From positions 18,461 through 82,460 of IMG/VR virus record IMGVR_UViG_3300034060_000702: a stretch of 64,000 nt of DNA. One strand, written 5' to 3'. Origin of the DNA: a virus. The position numbers were made by a program, and so were the translations under genes. The notes beneath the pieces are model-generated. The model did not search any database. It saw only the letters and a program-made list of their open reading frames with translations, and was not told the DNA's origin. Of this stretch, positions 21,643-32,889 are shown one piece after another (position 1 is the stretch's first letter; each line of letters starts with the position of its first letter).

Positions 21643-22320
21643 TTATCTTAAAATATGTTGTGAATCATCATTTACATCACTTGGTATTTTACCAAGAGTC
21701 ATCATTTCTTGTTGAACCATTTGTTCTATTTCAGCAAACAAATGAACAGGAACATTGAATGTTGTGTTTTGTTTAATCTCACAACTAGTGTCTTCTCCAT
21801 CTTCTTTACAGTAACCTTCAGTTGAATCTTCAAACATTCCTTCTATAGATACAGACTCCCATCTTATATCTGGAAAGTATAAGTATCCATTTTTATACCA
21901 ATAGTATTTGTTTTTATTATATTTGAAATGTGTAGAGTTAGTCATTGCTTGATAAAGAGTTGCTTTAGTTTGAGTAAAAGCTTGTCTACCATCAATAGAT
22001 GTAATGTTTCGAAAGATAGGACCAATAGATCCACTGAATACTTTAGGAAGCTTCTTGTAAGTTCTCATGATTTTACAACCCGTTTTTATACCAGCACAAT
22101 CAGCTTCGATTCTATCAACCTCAACCAACTCAACATAAGGCAAGACTTCAAACAAACTGTCATAGTTCATGAGTTTGTTTTCATTATCTTGTCTTCTCAT
22201 TATAGCATAAGCATACTTATTTATAATGGAATAGATAGTTCTATCAGTTAGAAAAGCATCTTCAGAAACTGCTTTTAAAATATTTCTTATTCTTGAAATC
22301 GATTCTCCAATTGTCATCAT
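21643..22320 (-). CDS. Tail ring (adaptor) protein
   Basis: 225 aa; YYWYKNGYLYFP...SIEGMFED pattern of crAss ring proteins; synteny. Confidence 0.65.
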   Translation of the reverse strand: MMTIGESISRIRNILKAVSEDAFLTDRTIYSIINKYAYAIMRRQDNENKLMNYDSLFEVLPYVELVEVDRIEADCAGIKTGCKIMRTYKKLPKVFSGSIGPIFRNITSIDGRQAFTQTKATLYQAMTNSTHFKYNKNKYYWYKNGYLYFPDIRWESVSIEGMFEDSTEGYCKEDGEDTSCEIKQNTTFNVPVHLFAEIEQMVQQEMMTLGKIPSDVNDDSQHILR

Positions 22321-22808
22321 ACTTCTTCAATTTGTTGTTTATAATTTAACTGCACACATCTAGCCCAGTGTTTTTTAAAGTAAGAACTTGCTGTCTTCCT
22401 AAAGCTTCCTGTTGCCGAAAATGAAAACAGTCTTGAATACTTTACAAAGTTCTTAATGTTGTTATAGTAAACTATGCGCATCAAGTTGTTATCAGTATCC
22501 CAATTTTTAAAGTAAACAGTTCTACCTTCTTTTATTGAAGAGTTAAAATCTACACTTTTCTTATTTGATTTACCTGCATTATTAATAACTATCTGTCCAA
22601 TGTTTTCTGGTAATACTACACCATAGATATTCTTTGTAGTTTCTTCGCAAATATTATCATTAAACTTTTTTATAATCTTTATGAAATCGCTTTGTAAAAT
22701 AACACCATGTTCAGAGTACTTTCGATTGAATAAGCTAATATCTTTTCTTGTTACTACTTTTCCTTTGAATTCTCTTACTCTTGGCTTAGTTAAATTTGGC
22801 TCTTGCAT
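22317..22808 (-). CDS. HU/IHF-like basic protein of the crAss tail block
   Basis: Basic 163 aa; helix then GVVLPENIGQIVI strand pattern; conserved position before the ring genes. Confidence 0.6.
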   Translation of the reverse strand: MQEPNLTKPRVREFKGKVVTRKDISLFNRKYSEHGVILQSDFIKIIKKFNDNICEETTKNIYGVVLPENIGQIVINNAGKSNKKSVDFNSSIKEGRTVYFKNWDTDNNLMRIVYYNNIKNFVKYSRLFSFSATGSFRKTASSYFKKHWARCVQLNYKQQIEEV

Positions 22809-22855
22809 AAATATATAATATAGTAATTTATTATCAAAAATACAAATTATATATT

Positions 22856-22888
22856 AAAAACAAACCCCGGATCTCTCCAGGGTTCATT
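22856..22888 (-). terminator. Intrinsic terminator after the fibre block
   Basis: Minus strand GAACCCTGGA-GAGA-TCCGGGGTTT followed by a T run. Confidence 0.75.
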
Positions 22889-22925
22889 CTAGTCAGCCAC
22901 ATTAAACCAACCTCTCTGTGACATA
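22856..22925 (-). ncRNA. Candidate 3'UTR-derived antisense small RNA
   Basis: GTCACA/TGTGGC stem displaying GAGAGGTTGGTTTAA, then TGACTAG, then the terminator; complementary to the leaders at 38549-38574 and 41833-41853. Confidence 0.45.
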
Positions 22926-22927
22926 CT

Positions 22928-24094
22928 TTAGAATTTTATTAAGTATCTCATTGACACACCTTTTTGTCTATTATCAGTAGATACAGTAGCTGTACCTGCT
23001 GCAGTTACAACAGTAATTTGTGGTTGTCCAACAACTACAGGACTAATATTATTATTACCTACAAGAAGACCGGTATTAGTAGTATCGCAACCATAGGGTA
23101 TTGCATCAATTAAATTTGGAACTGCAAAAGCTAAAACATTTACTGCTGTATCATATATGTTACCTATTACTGCAAATAGTTTTGGATAAGAAGCTTTTAA
23201 TTTATAAGAACCATCACATAACAACCAACCTTCTGGAAGTACACCATTAGGGAAACCAGCCCAAGAAATAACTGTACCAACAGGTACTAATCCTACACCT
23301 GCGCCAACTTCTTCACCAGGAGTCGGAATGTTTGCAGGTAATGCATCTAAACCAGCAAGAACATAAGACACTACCACTTCATCAGTTGCAGTTACTTGAG
23401 AACCATTACCAGCTAAAGGAGAAACTGTAAATATAAAATAAGTTGGAAACTCAACATAATATGTAACCAATGCTGCTACAAACTTACTAGGATCATTGCT
23501 ATTTGAAATTTGCAATATAGTTCTAAGTTTAATAGCGGCTAACCATCCACCAGCTGTTCCTGAAGGAGCAGTAACATTTGTTCCATAACCAAGCAAACAA
23601 GTCTTACTTATGATTATTGTACTAGTTAATAAAAATGTAGCATCAAGACTTACTGTACCTTGTACAGTACCAGCACCTCTTTTGTATATTAAACTGTTTG
23701 CTCCAGGATTTCCTTGTAAACCATTAGTACCTGGAATACCAGAAGGTCCTGCCATACCTTGTGGTCCTGCAGGTAATCCAATATTCATATTGTAATTTGG
23801 GGATGTTCCTGTTATTGTAACAGTACCTGAAGAACCAGGAGCAAGTGTTGTTACACCACCAATAGCAAGATTAGGTGCAGGTCCAGTAGCTCCCATAGGA
23901 CCTGTTAATCCTGGATTACCTTTTGGTCCAGCAATACCTGTAGGACCAACTGCTCCTGTAGGTCCAGGTAATCCGCTTGCACTTCCTGATGGTCCAGCGG
24001 GTCCAGCTGGTCCTTGAAATCCACGTGGTCCTCTTGCAACAGCTGGAGCTGCGCAAGAACCACCACATGAACTTTGATTACATTTTACACACAT
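22928..24094 (-). CDS. Collagen-like tail fibre protein with tail-collar domain
   Basis: Cys-rich N-terminus, G-X-Y repeats, C-terminal PVGTVISWAG...PEGWLLCDG...YPKLFAVIG collar motif. Confidence 0.85.
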   Translation of the reverse strand: MCVKCNQSSCGGSCAAPAVARGPRGFQGPAGPAGPSGSASGLPGPTGAVGPTGIAGPKGNPGLTGPMGATGPAPNLAIGGVTTLAPGSSGTVTITGTSPNYNMNIGLPAGPQGMAGPSGIPGTNGLQGNPGANSLIYKRGAGTVQGTVSLDATFLLTSTIIISKTCLLGYGTNVTAPSGTAGGWLAAIKLRTILQISNSNDPSKFVAALVTYYVEFPTYFIFTVSPLAGNGSQVTATDEVVVSYVLAGLDALPANIPTPGEEVGAGVGLVPVGTVISWAGFPNGVLPEGWLLCDGSYKLKASYPKLFAVIGNIYDTAVNVLAFAVPNLIDAIPYGCDTTNTGLLVGNNNISPVVVGQPQITVVTAAGTATVSTDNRQKGVSMRYLIKF

Positions 24095-24104
24095 AATAAA
24101 TTAT

Positions 24105-27100
24105 TTAAGGACAAGTTAAATTTATACTCAAAGCATTCAATGCTTGAACAACTTTATTTTTATAAAAAATTGCAGTTTGTGCGGCAGGTACTTCTGTATC
24201 TAAATTAAAAATACCTTGAGAATTTTCTAAAGATAAATTTGAATTTGCTGTATAAACACCAGTACTTCCAAATGTTGCTAAAGCTAAATCTCTAAAGTCA
24301 TCAAAAGGAAAACCTAAAACTGTAGTTTTTATTTGAAATAAAGTTCCTTTAATTTGATAATCTTGAGCAGAAGCAGTAATTAAATTATTTTTAGTTTGAA
24401 CAATATCTGCAGAATAATCTGGTGCTATTGCATTATTATTAAAAGGAGGTGCTTGAACTGCAGGTGAACCTGTAGCACCAGGTGCATTATATGGAGTTGA
24501 CTCATCTTGGAAAACTAAATTTATAACTAAACCTGGTTCTAAATCTGGGTTTCTTCCATAGTTTCTAAGAGTTCCTAAACACTTAATAAATCTTTCATAA
24601 TAAGGTTCACCTGTTAAACCACCCATGTCAAAGAATTTTACTTTTTCATCATATAACACAGGATCATTATCATAAATTTGAAGCAAACAAAGTTTTAAAG
24701 TACTGGTTCTCATTTCATTTAACGCTGTTTCAGAACTACTCATAGAACCAGAGTTATCAAACCAAATATTTATTTCAGTAGACCTATTTATTTGCGGAGC
24801 CTCTACAGTATTGCAATCAGCACATGGTTCTTTAAGAACACACACTGGAGAACCATCACAAAAACTTACTTGAGAACCATCTGGACAAGTTAATTGATTT
24901 ACACCATCCTGAATTGGAATTGCTTTTCCTTTCATACTTTCAGTACTAAAAATTATGAAAGGTGCTAACTTAGCTGCATCATCAGTAGTATGATCAGGAG
25001 CAGATGGTATTGTAGTTCCAGGTGCATAAATAAATTCTTCTAAAAATTTAGTTTCTGCATCTATTGTAGGATCATTTGCTATGTTCATATCATATATTTC
25101 AAAACCTAATGAAACAGCAGCTCCAGTATTAAGACCTATCATTTTTATTATATGATCTCCAGCCGGTAATACAAAAGGTATTATACTCCAAACATTAAAA
25201 TTAAATGTATAATTTGCTTCAAATAATGCATGAAATGGACCAGTTCCATCAAGTTGTATATAAGCTCTTGAATTATTATCTCCTGAAAAACCAATATGAT
25301 AAACTTTTTGAATACCAATAGTTAAACATTTTGTAAATTCCATATTAAAATCAGAATTTTCAAGGTCGCCTATTTGATTTGGATTACCTACAGTAGGCAG
25401 AATTAATGCAGTTGGACCACTCCATTTTGTAGGTTCTAAATCAGGTCTTATATTATAAGGAGCATTTGTAGCTGCAGGAATACTTTGAGTAGCTGTATAT
25501 TTAATATAAGAGTCTGTTATAATATCATAAACTAAAACTTTTGTTCCATTGGAATAATTTTTTTTCTTATTCCAAACTTTATAAGCCCATCTAGCAATAC
25601 CTACTGTATTTAATCTATTATACCATACATTACCGGGAGTTGCAAAATTAACAGTAGATGTTGTTTGCCATGCTGTAATATATGTATTCCAAGTATTAAG
25701 TAAAAGATTTAGATTTGTTCCAACAGTTGTAGCAGGTGTACCTGTTACAACTCTAAATTGATAATTATTATCAAGAGGCTGCTGATAAAAAAATGTATTT
25801 ATAGCAAAACTTTGAGTTGGATATAAACGCATTCCAGTACCTCCATATGTACCAGGTAAATTACAACCTGGAGATACCACAGTCATTTGTCCATCAAATT
25901 CAGGAGCTACACTGCGAAAACATTTTTGTAAAGGAATGTTCGGAGTATATCCTGGAGAACAACAACAACTAGGTTCTTCAATTATTAAATCTGAACATTC
26001 CACTACAGTAATTTTTTCACAAGTTGGAAAGCCATTAATACTTGTAAATGTGTAACCTGCTGGACAATCAAATGAAGCTGACACAGTTTCATTTGGTTCA
26101 TAAACTGGATACTGTAATGGAGGAGTTGCAATAAACCTTTTAGTTGACCAAATTATATAATTATTTAAACCTGGCACACCTTCTTTGGTTAATAAGGAAC
26201 CCGTATCAGCTTTACCAAATTTTTGTTTAAAACTTTCAATAGATATATCATAAATTTCTGCACCAAACATATCATCGGTTGCACCACCTGCATATCCCCA
26301 AAACCAAAGTTGATGATTTCCTGCAGGTAATGCAATAGAAAAAGTATGCCAATAATCACACTGACCAGTGTTGTTTTGATTTATTTCAAACATAGTGGTA
26401 GCCTGTTGTTGTATTTGATCATAATAATCTAACCTGCATCCATGTTTTCCAGCCATTCCAATAATAAATGTTTTAGCTGTAGTGCAAAGCAAAGTAGTTT
26501 TAAATAATGTATCCATTGTTCTACCTTGAGGCCAAAGACCTACAGAATTAAGCCTGTTATAAAAAGCAAATGTAGGATTCCCACCCCAAACTTTATTTTT
26601 TATTCCTTTGTATCCAGCATAATACATTAAACTATTATTAGGAGAATTTCCATAATCTGTAATATTGCTTTCAAGATTAGCAGTATTTACACTTAACCCT
26701 TGACCTGGAATAAGCATTGAAGTATAAAAAGATTCTGTATCCCAAAAGATTAATCCTTTTTGTCCTAAATCAATATTTATAGGAGCTTGTGCTAAATCTT
26801 CATTTTGACATTCACCTTCACAAATAGTATTTTGATAACTTCTTTTAGTACATCTTTGTAAAGTTAAATCATAAAAATAACCAGCAGCTTCATCACAATA
26901 GCAAACACATTTAATTGGTTTCCATGTTGGAAAGTTTGGACTATTTGAAGGTACACCGTTATAAGTTCCATCATGATAATACAAATCTCTATTGTAAGGA
27001 TCTAATAAGATCCATTTATTTGCTGGTTTTCCAGAAAGGTCTATTGCATTATCTCTATAATAGATGTGATGCCAACAAGGATCAATCCAATTATGTCCAT

Positions 27101-27122
27101 CATAAACTTTGTAATCACTCAT
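24105..27122 (-). CDS. Putative adhesin/tail protein: two tandem Cys-flanked beta modules plus a C-terminal vWA-like domain
   Basis: Duplicated YNRLN(S/T)VG...LPAG(N/D)H...G(A/F)EIYD motifs; INIWFDNSGSMS matches the MIDAS DxSxS motif. Confidence 0.65.
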   Translation of the reverse strand: MSDYKVYDGHNWIDPCWHHIYYRDNAIDLSGKPANKWILLDPYNRDLYYHDGTYNGVPSNSPNFPTWKPIKCVCYCDEAAGYFYDLTLQRCTKRSYQNTICEGECQNEDLAQAPINIDLGQKGLIFWDTESFYTSMLIPGQGLSVNTANLESNITDYGNSPNNSLMYYAGYKGIKNKVWGGNPTFAFYNRLNSVGLWPQGRTMDTLFKTTLLCTTAKTFIIGMAGKHGCRLDYYDQIQQQATTMFEINQNNTGQCDYWHTFSIALPAGNHQLWFWGYAGGATDDMFGAEIYDISIESFKQKFGKADTGSLLTKEGVPGLNNYIIWSTKRFIATPPLQYPVYEPNETVSASFDCPAGYTFTSINGFPTCEKITVVECSDLIIEEPSCCCSPGYTPNIPLQKCFRSVAPEFDGQMTVVSPGCNLPGTYGGTGMRLYPTQSFAINTFFYQQPLDNNYQFRVVTGTPATTVGTNLNLLLNTWNTYITAWQTTSTVNFATPGNVWYNRLNTVGIARWAYKVWNKKKNYSNGTKVLVYDIITDSYIKYTATQSIPAATNAPYNIRPDLEPTKWSGPTALILPTVGNPNQIGDLENSDFNMEFTKCLTIGIQKVYHIGFSGDNNSRAYIQLDGTGPFHALFEANYTFNFNVWSIIPFVLPAGDHIIKMIGLNTGAAVSLGFEIYDMNIANDPTIDAETKFLEEFIYAPGTTIPSAPDHTTDDAAKLAPFIIFSTESMKGKAIPIQDGVNQLTCPDGSQVSFCDGSPVCVLKEPCADCNTVEAPQINRSTEINIWFDNSGSMSSSETALNEMRTSTLKLCLLQIYDNDPVLYDEKVKFFDMGGLTGEPYYERFIKCLGTLRNYGRNPDLEPGLVINLVFQDESTPYNAPGATGSPAVQAPPFNNNAIAPDYSADIVQTKNNLITASAQDYQIKGTLFQIKTTVLGFPFDDFRDLALATFGSTGVYTANSNLSLENSQGIFNLDTEVPAAQTAIFYKNKVVQALNALSINLTCP

Positions 27123-27127
27123 AAAAA

Positions 27128-27793
27128 TTAATCTTTAATCCAAATATCACCAGCTCTTAATCTATTTGCATTATATGAACCCGGAGGATTTAGAATAGTT
27201 GTGTCTACAAAGTTAACAGTAAATCCTGGAACACCAGCATAAGTAGCTTGATAAACTGGCTCGGTTGGTTCACCATTTGCACCACCAGCAACAAATTGAC
27301 TTGTTACTCCACCTACAAATACTGCAACCCCTCTACCATCTAAACCATTACAACCATTGCTAATATTAGCAGATGATATTTTACCATCAGTAAGTCCATT
27401 ACGATGGGTAACAATTATACCACCACATTTAAAACTAAGATCATTTGGAGTTGGTAATGTAACATCAACATAATCACCAGGATTACCCGCATCACCTGCA
27501 GGACCTTTTTCACCAGGTTCTCCTTTTGGTCCATTTAAACCATCAACACCATTGATACCATTTGCTCCATCAGCACCGGCTGGACCTTGTACTCCAGGAG
27601 GTCCTAATGGTCCAGTTATAGCAAGTCCTTGTGGTCCAGGTGAACCAGTTAATCCAGAGTTACCAGGAGGTCCTTGAGGGCCTGTTTCACCCATATCTCC
27701 TTTATCTCCTTGAATACCTTTCTCTCCTTGATAACCTCTTGGACCTCTTATTCCTTTAGGAAGCTCTTCGCATGAATCTTTGCAATCACTCAT
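27128..27793 (-). CDS. Collagen-like fibre protein
   Basis: About 30 G-X-Y triplets; ends in RAGDIWI. Confidence 0.85.
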   Translation of the reverse strand: MSDCKDSCEELPKGIRGPRGYQGEKGIQGDKGDMGETGPQGPPGNSGLTGSPGPQGLAITGPLGPPGVQGPAGADGANGINGVDGLNGPKGEPGEKGPAGDAGNPGDYVDVTLPTPNDLSFKCGGIIVTHRNGLTDGKISSANISNGCNGLDGRGVAVFVGGVTSQFVAGGANGEPTEPVYQATYAGVPGFTVNFVDTTILNPPGSYNANRLRAGDIWIKD

Positions 27794-27813
27794 AGCATTA
27801 GTTTTTTATAAAG

Positions 27814-28407
27814 TTAATAACCAATTTTAATATTTGGTCTACGGGTATGTATATCTGCAACTGTATTTGGTAACAATGGATCATCCATATCTCCAGAATA
27901 AATTCCTTTATTTGGTTGAGTTGATCCATCTGAACCACCCGCTGTTGAACTCCAATCATTAGCATTGTTTTCCCAAATCAATATTAAATTTGAAGTTCCA
28001 TTGTAAACAAAGTTTATATCAAAATTAATTATCCACCATAGATTATTTGCATATGTACTATATGCAAAATTACTTTTAACATTAGTTAAATCAGTTATAG
28101 TCAAGTCTTGTAAACCAATTAAAGGAGTGCTGCCAAAAGAAGATTGTGCAACATGTCCAATTTTTAATGTTTGATTTGGTAAACTTGTAATTGAACCATA
28201 ACTTCTATTATAAAATGCAACAAAATTAATAGTTTTAGCAGCACCCATTTCTGCAGCAGTCCATATAAAAGCAGTTCTTGAGTATCTGTAATTATAATTA
28301 TTTGGAGCATAATATATTAGCGAAGTACCTGTACCAATTTGTAAAATTTGTCCTGTAACTGGAGGATCTGTACTTCTATGTCTTAATATTCCTAATTGTG
28401 TAATCAT
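27814..28407 (-). CDS. Putative receptor-binding/fibre tip protein with a Bacteroidota surface-protein-like beta domain
   Basis: YSRTAFIWTAAEM...INFVAF...W.IINFDINFVYNGTSNLILIW...RPNIKIG. Confidence 0.5.
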   Translation of the reverse strand: MITQLGILRHRSTDPPVTGQILQIGTGTSLIYYAPNNYNYRYSRTAFIWTAAEMGAAKTINFVAFYNRSYGSITSLPNQTLKIGHVAQSSFGSTPLIGLQDLTITDLTNVKSNFAYSTYANNLWWIINFDINFVYNGTSNLILIWENNANDWSSTAGGSDGSTQPNKGIYSGDMDDPLLPNTVADIHTRRPNIKIGY

Positions 28408-28409
28408 AA

Positions 28410-30059
28410 CTATACTTTTAAATCACCACCTACCATAAAGGCATTTGTACCAAGTCTTACTACAGTGCAAAATGAATATTGAGCTCTTAATCTTCTTTCA
28501 TTATTAGTAGATAAAATACTAAATTGTGTTCCAAGTACTGAAGGATTTCCAGTAATTGTTACTTCTCCTATACCTTGTCTTACAACAATCAATGACTGAC
28601 CTTCTTTAAGTATTTGAGCATCAGCATAAGCTGCAGCTAAATTGAGTGTAACATCTGAAGATGAATTTACATAAATTATTCTATTTCTATAACTCGAATT
28701 TATAAATGTAGATGTATTAACAGTAATACTTTCTGTAATACCAATTGGTTGCCAACTATAACTATATGCATCTGCAAAATAGTTATAATAATTTGCTGCC
28801 CAAAAATATACAGCATCTTTATCGGTATCATAAACTTGATAACCTACATCAGTATAAGCTAAAGTTAATGCATTTCTTTGTAGAGTAGTTAATCTTGGCA
28901 TTTCCCAAGGATTACTTAATTGTGCTCCTGGTAAAGGCCATACCCCAGAAGCTTTAGGACCATATAAAATATATGTAGCTGTATCTAAGTAAAAATCTCC
29001 ATTAGCTCCAAAAACATCATTTGGAGTTTCTCCAACAGGTAAAGCAGCACTTAGTATAGTTTTACCATTAGTACCATTTGTACCAGCAGTACCTGGTGCT
29101 CCATTTGCACCATCCATACCATTAAATCCTGGGAATCCTTGAGATCCAGTTGCTCCAGTTATACCTTGGATTCCTTGAGGACCAGTAGCACCAGTTGGAC
29201 CAGCAGGTCCAGTCAATCCAATAGGACCTTGAATACCAGTTGCACCAGTTGCTCCTGTAGCACCAGTGTTTCCTGTTAATCCTGTTGGACCAGTAGCACC
29301 TTGAGATCCCGCAGGACCAGTAGCACCTTGAGCACCTGGTAAACCTTGTGCACCAGTAGCTCCTGTTGCTCCACCTGTACTTAATAAAGCCCATTGTGTA
29401 CCATTGTTTGTTGGAACAACTCCAGTTACAGGACCATTGTAAACCCAATAAGAAGCTCCGTTATATAAAGCAGTATCATTAGTTACATATGTTGTACCAG
29501 CATTATAGACACCTTTCCATGTTAAACCTCCAGGAGAAACTCCAGGATTACCTTGAATACCTGTAGCACCAGTTGACCCTATTGGTCCTTGTAAACCTGT
29601 AGCACCTGTTAATCCAATTGGTCCAGTAAGTCCAGTATTTCCAGTAGGACCTGTTGGTCCAGTAGGTCCGGCAGGACCAACAGGTCCAGTTGCTCCAGCA
29701 GGCCCAGTAAGTCCAGTTGGTCCAGCAGAACCTGCGGTTCCAGTTGCACCTTTTATTGAAGTTCCGGATCCCCAAGCAGTTCCAACTTTTGGTCCATAAA
29801 TAATATTTGCAGCAGTATCAATATAAAAGTCACCAGCAACACCAATAAAACCAGCTGGAGCTATAGTTCCGTTTAATATTGTATTACCATCTGCTCCTGC
29901 AGAACCTACTGTAAATATTTCTTCATATCCAGTAGTTAAATACACATAGTATTTACTTTCGAAATAATAAATTACTTCCGGGGATCCTACAGCAGGAACT
30001 CCATCGGTATAAGATAATAGTTGTAAACTTTTAGTTTCAGTTAAAGTTGGTGTAGACAT
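28410..30059 (-). CDS. Collagen-like tail fibre protein
   Basis: Two collagen tracts; two copies of G.TIL...GDFY(I/L)DTA..I(I/L)YGPK; central [15 protein letters not shown] module; C-terminal fibre domain. Confidence 0.85.
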   Translation of the reverse strand: MSTPTLTETKSLQLLSYTDGVPAVGSPEVIYYFESKYYVYLTTGYEEIFTVGSAGADGNTILNGTIAPAGFIGVAGDFYIDTAANIIYGPKVGTAWGSGTSIKGATGTAGSAGPTGLTGPAGATGPVGPAGPTGPTGPTGNTGLTGPIGLTGATGLQGPIGSTGATGIQGNPGVSPGGLTWKGVYNAGTTYVTNDTALYNGASYWVYNGPVTGVVPTNNGTQWALLSTGGATGATGAQGLPGAQGATGPAGSQGATGPTGLTGNTGATGATGATGIQGPIGLTGPAGPTGATGPQGIQGITGATGSQGFPGFNGMDGANGAPGTAGTNGTNGKTILSAALPVGETPNDVFGANGDFYLDTATYILYGPKASGVWPLPGAQLSNPWEMPRLTTLQRNALTLAYTDVGYQVYDTDKDAVYFWAANYYNYFADAYSYSWQPIGITESITVNTSTFINSSYRNRIIYVNSSSDVTLNLAAAYADAQILKEGQSLIVVRQGIGEVTITGNPSVLGTQFSILSTNNERRLRAQYSFCTVVRLGTNAFMVGGDLKV

Positions 30060-30069
30060 AATTATATTT

Positions 30070-31662
30070 TTAAGTAGTTACTGGAAATGATACTTCTGCA
30101 TCGCTTGCATTATAATAGGATATTTTATACGCGCCAAGTGAATTTTTATATATTTTACATGTATAACTAGCATAAACAAGAGTAGCAGCTGATAAATCAA
30201 TTGGTACAGCTAAAGTACCTGTGTATATGCAATCAAAGTTATTAAATCTAAATATTTTAACAGTACTAGGTGAAGTATTTACCCAAGCCATGGATAAACC
30301 TCTATTACTATCTGCAGCATAATTAAAAATACAATTAGAAATAGATAGTGAAAATACATTATTTGTAAATGCATTCAATATAGTGTTTGCACTAAAAGTT
30401 TGCATTTCATTATTTGTAAAATTTTGATTTGTAGTAATAGTATTTCCTGTAAAAGTATCAATTACATTATTAGCAAATAAGTTAGCTGTAATAGTGCTAG
30501 AACCTACACTATACATTGTATTATTTGTAAATGTTGCATCTATAGTACAATCTACAAATGTATATTTAATAGTATTAAATTGAAATGTTTTTTTAAAAAC
30601 ATTTCTATTCATTGTAGCAACAGTATTTCCAGTAACTTGTAAGCTATGTGTATTACCATAAGCACTATTAATTTTATTATTAATACAAGAAGATAAATAA
30701 GTATTATTACCAAATGTAAAACCAAAAGTATTATCATAGGTAGTACTTCTAAATACTACATTTGGTAAATCAAATGCAAAATATAATTTACTTTTTGCAA
30801 TAAAATTATTATAAACTTCAACTGTACCCAATTGATTAAATGTTTTGAATTCAAGAGAACCAAAACCTAAATCAAATACAGAACTATATACACCAGTCGA
30901 ATCTTTATATCTTTTAAACAATACTGTTCTATGATCATAGAATGTAGTATTTCCATACTCATCTTGTCTAAATGTAATTCTACCAGTAGTTGCTGTAGCT
31001 GTAATAGGTGTTGTATAATTTAACTCATACTTAATTATATCTTTTGTATATTCATTTTGAAAAGCAAATGGATTTAATTTAGTTGGTGTTATTGCTTGAA
31101 CATGTATTGGTTCAATAAGTGAAGTTACAACAACAGGTACAACTACAGCTTGTATATTAAGAATTGTAGTACCAGTATAATCAGGTTGTTCATATATTGT
31201 AGAAAAGTCTGTAATCTTATACCATTGTCCTGGAACAAATGTACCAGCACCCTGCATTGCAACCATTTCAGCATGTGTCTTATTAAGAAGACCGCCAGCT
31301 CCACCGGAACCACCGCCTCCTTGAGAAAGAGCATTACTAAAATAATCTATAACACTAATGAGTGATTCAGTCATTCCATCACCAACAGATAAAATCTCTA
31401 CACCTCCTGCACTTTTAGCTTCTTCAATGTGTGTATGTTCACAAAAATAATCTATGACTTTTTTTAAGCCTACAGATAAGTTATCGCCAGTTTCTAATAA
31501 TGGTTCATTTAAATGACAACCAGCCTCTAGTCCTGTATATATAACACAATCAGTTGATGTAACATCAACACATGGATTTGGATTAGGACAGTTAACTGTA
31601 GGAGCAGAGCATTCTACACATGATACAGTTGATTCGGTTTGACCGCAGCTTGGACAACTCAT
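30070..31662 (-). CDS. Tail spike/fibre protein with a beta-helix repeat region
   Basis: Cys-rich N-terminus; [10 protein letters not shown] and [12 protein letters not shown] motifs; Asn-rich (F.NN.I/F) repeats. Confidence 0.7.
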   Translation of the reverse strand: MSCPSCGQTESTVSCVECSAPTVNCPNPNPCVDVTSTDCVIYTGLEAGCHLNEPLLETGDNLSVGLKKVIDYFCEHTHIEEAKSAGGVEILSVGDGMTESLISVIDYFSNALSQGGGGSGGAGGLLNKTHAEMVAMQGAGTFVPGQWYKITDFSTIYEQPDYTGTTILNIQAVVVPVVVTSLIEPIHVQAITPTKLNPFAFQNEYTKDIIKYELNYTTPITATATTGRITFRQDEYGNTTFYDHRTVLFKRYKDSTGVYSSVFDLGFGSLEFKTFNQLGTVEVYNNFIAKSKLYFAFDLPNVVFRSTTYDNTFGFTFGNNTYLSSCINNKINSAYGNTHSLQVTGNTVATMNRNVFKKTFQFNTIKYTFVDCTIDATFTNNTMYSVGSSTITANLFANNVIDTFTGNTITTNQNFTNNEMQTFSANTILNAFTNNVFSLSISNCIFNYAADSNRGLSMAWVNTSPSTVKIFRFNNFDCIYTGTLAVPIDLSAATLVYASYTCKIYKNSLGAYKISYYNASDAEVSFPVTT

Positions 31663-31667
31663 AATTT

Positions 31668-32333
31668 TTAAATATTTGGGTTTTCAATAAATTCAATAAT
31701 TAAATCACAACCTGTACAATCAACAGTAAAGCCATTGTTAAAAATAAAACCAAACATTGTAGTTAATGTAGCTTTAGGTATTGCTGGACTTAATGATTTT
31801 AAATAATCTAACATAATTTTAATTCCGCTTTTTCCATTGAAGGCAGATGCTTCTATTGCTCCACCTGATAAATTAATAGCAGGATCTATTCCTGTTTCAT
31901 TTAAAAGATATGTAACTTCATTACCAAAAGTTTTTGGACAACAAGTTGGAGTTTTATCTAATGTAGGAGTTTTAAATAATGGACTGTATATTAATGTTTC
32001 TACTTGTACTGAAATTGATTTATTAACACAACAAGGATAAAGAGTGTTTGGATTAGCACCAACATCAACTCCCATTTGTTTATCATTAATAACTTTCTTA
32101 AAAGAAGATATACCTCCTAAAAAATAAAAACCTGATTCTGTAACACAATCTGGACAACAAAAGTTTTGTTTACCTGAAACAACAATTCCAGAATATAAAA
32201 CTTGTTCAAAAGCAGTAGACAAAGATACTCCATCAGTTGCTCTAGCAAGAGCTCTTTGTAACAGATATACAAGAGGATTAATACATCCTGGTGTAATCTG
32301 ACATGGATCCGGACAACATTTTAAAGTACTCAT
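31668..32333 (-). CDS. Cys-rich virion/tail-associated protein
   Basis: 221 aa with several CC/CxxC motifs, inside the tail block. Confidence 0.55.
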   Translation of the reverse strand: MSTLKCCPDPCQITPGCINPLVYLLQRALARATDGVSLSTAFEQVLYSGIVVSGKQNFCCPDCVTESGFYFLGGISSFKKVINDKQMGVDVGANPNTLYPCCVNKSISVQVETLIYSPLFKTPTLDKTPTCCPKTFGNEVTYLLNETGIDPAINLSGGAIEASAFNGKSGIKIMLDYLKSLSPAIPKATLTTMFGFIFNNGFTVDCTGCDLIIEFIENPNI

Positions 32334-32336
32334 ATC

Positions 32337-32861
32337 TTATCCTTGTAATAATTGATCTATATTCGCTTTCATTTCAGCCATATCTTGTTGCATTTTAACA
32401 AGACTTAATGCTTGAGTTTGTATTTGCACTTGTTGTGCACAAACTTTAACACCAATTGCTGCAATGTATTCTTTTAATTGCATTGTAGTATTTCCATTAA
32501 GTTGGAAACAAGCTGCAATAGCCATTTCACAATCAGGACAACCCGCAGTGCTTCCTACAGTAGTTGAAGTAGTACCTGGAGCAGGGTGTGCTAATCCACA
32601 CACTGTATCCAAAGTTAATTGAAATAATTCAATAAAACTTTTTGGACTACAACCTTCAGTATCAATACATGCAAAATCATATGATCCAACACTTGTGATT
32701 GTAATTAAATTACATACTTTATCAGCAATACCAGCAACAACAGTTGATATAGTATCACCAGTACATAAATTTAAAAATGGAATATCTGGACCATTCCAAA
32801 TAACACACTCACTAGAAGATGTTACACATCCATTTGGTTTACCATTTACATTCTTTCCCAT
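32337..32861 (-). CDS. Cys-rich fibre-associated protein with C-terminal coiled coil
   Basis: SSECVIWNGPDIP..LCTGD is similar to the N-terminal STDCVIYTG motif of the 530-aa spike. Confidence 0.55.
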   Translation of the reverse strand: MGKNVNGKPNGCVTSSSECVIWNGPDIPFLNLCTGDTISTVVAGIADKVCNLITITSVGSYDFACIDTEGCSPKSFIELFQLTLDTVCGLAHPAPGTTSTTVGSTAGCPDCEMAIAACFQLNGNTTMQLKEYIAAIGVKVCAQQVQIQTQALSLVKMQQDMAEMKANIDQLLQG

Positions 32862-32889
32862 AATATATAATATAATAAATTTTTGTCAA

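Noticed and set aside
22928-31662. Diversity-generating retroelement acting on fibre genes
   Set aside because: No reverse transcriptase or adenine-variant TR/VR pair was seen in the window.
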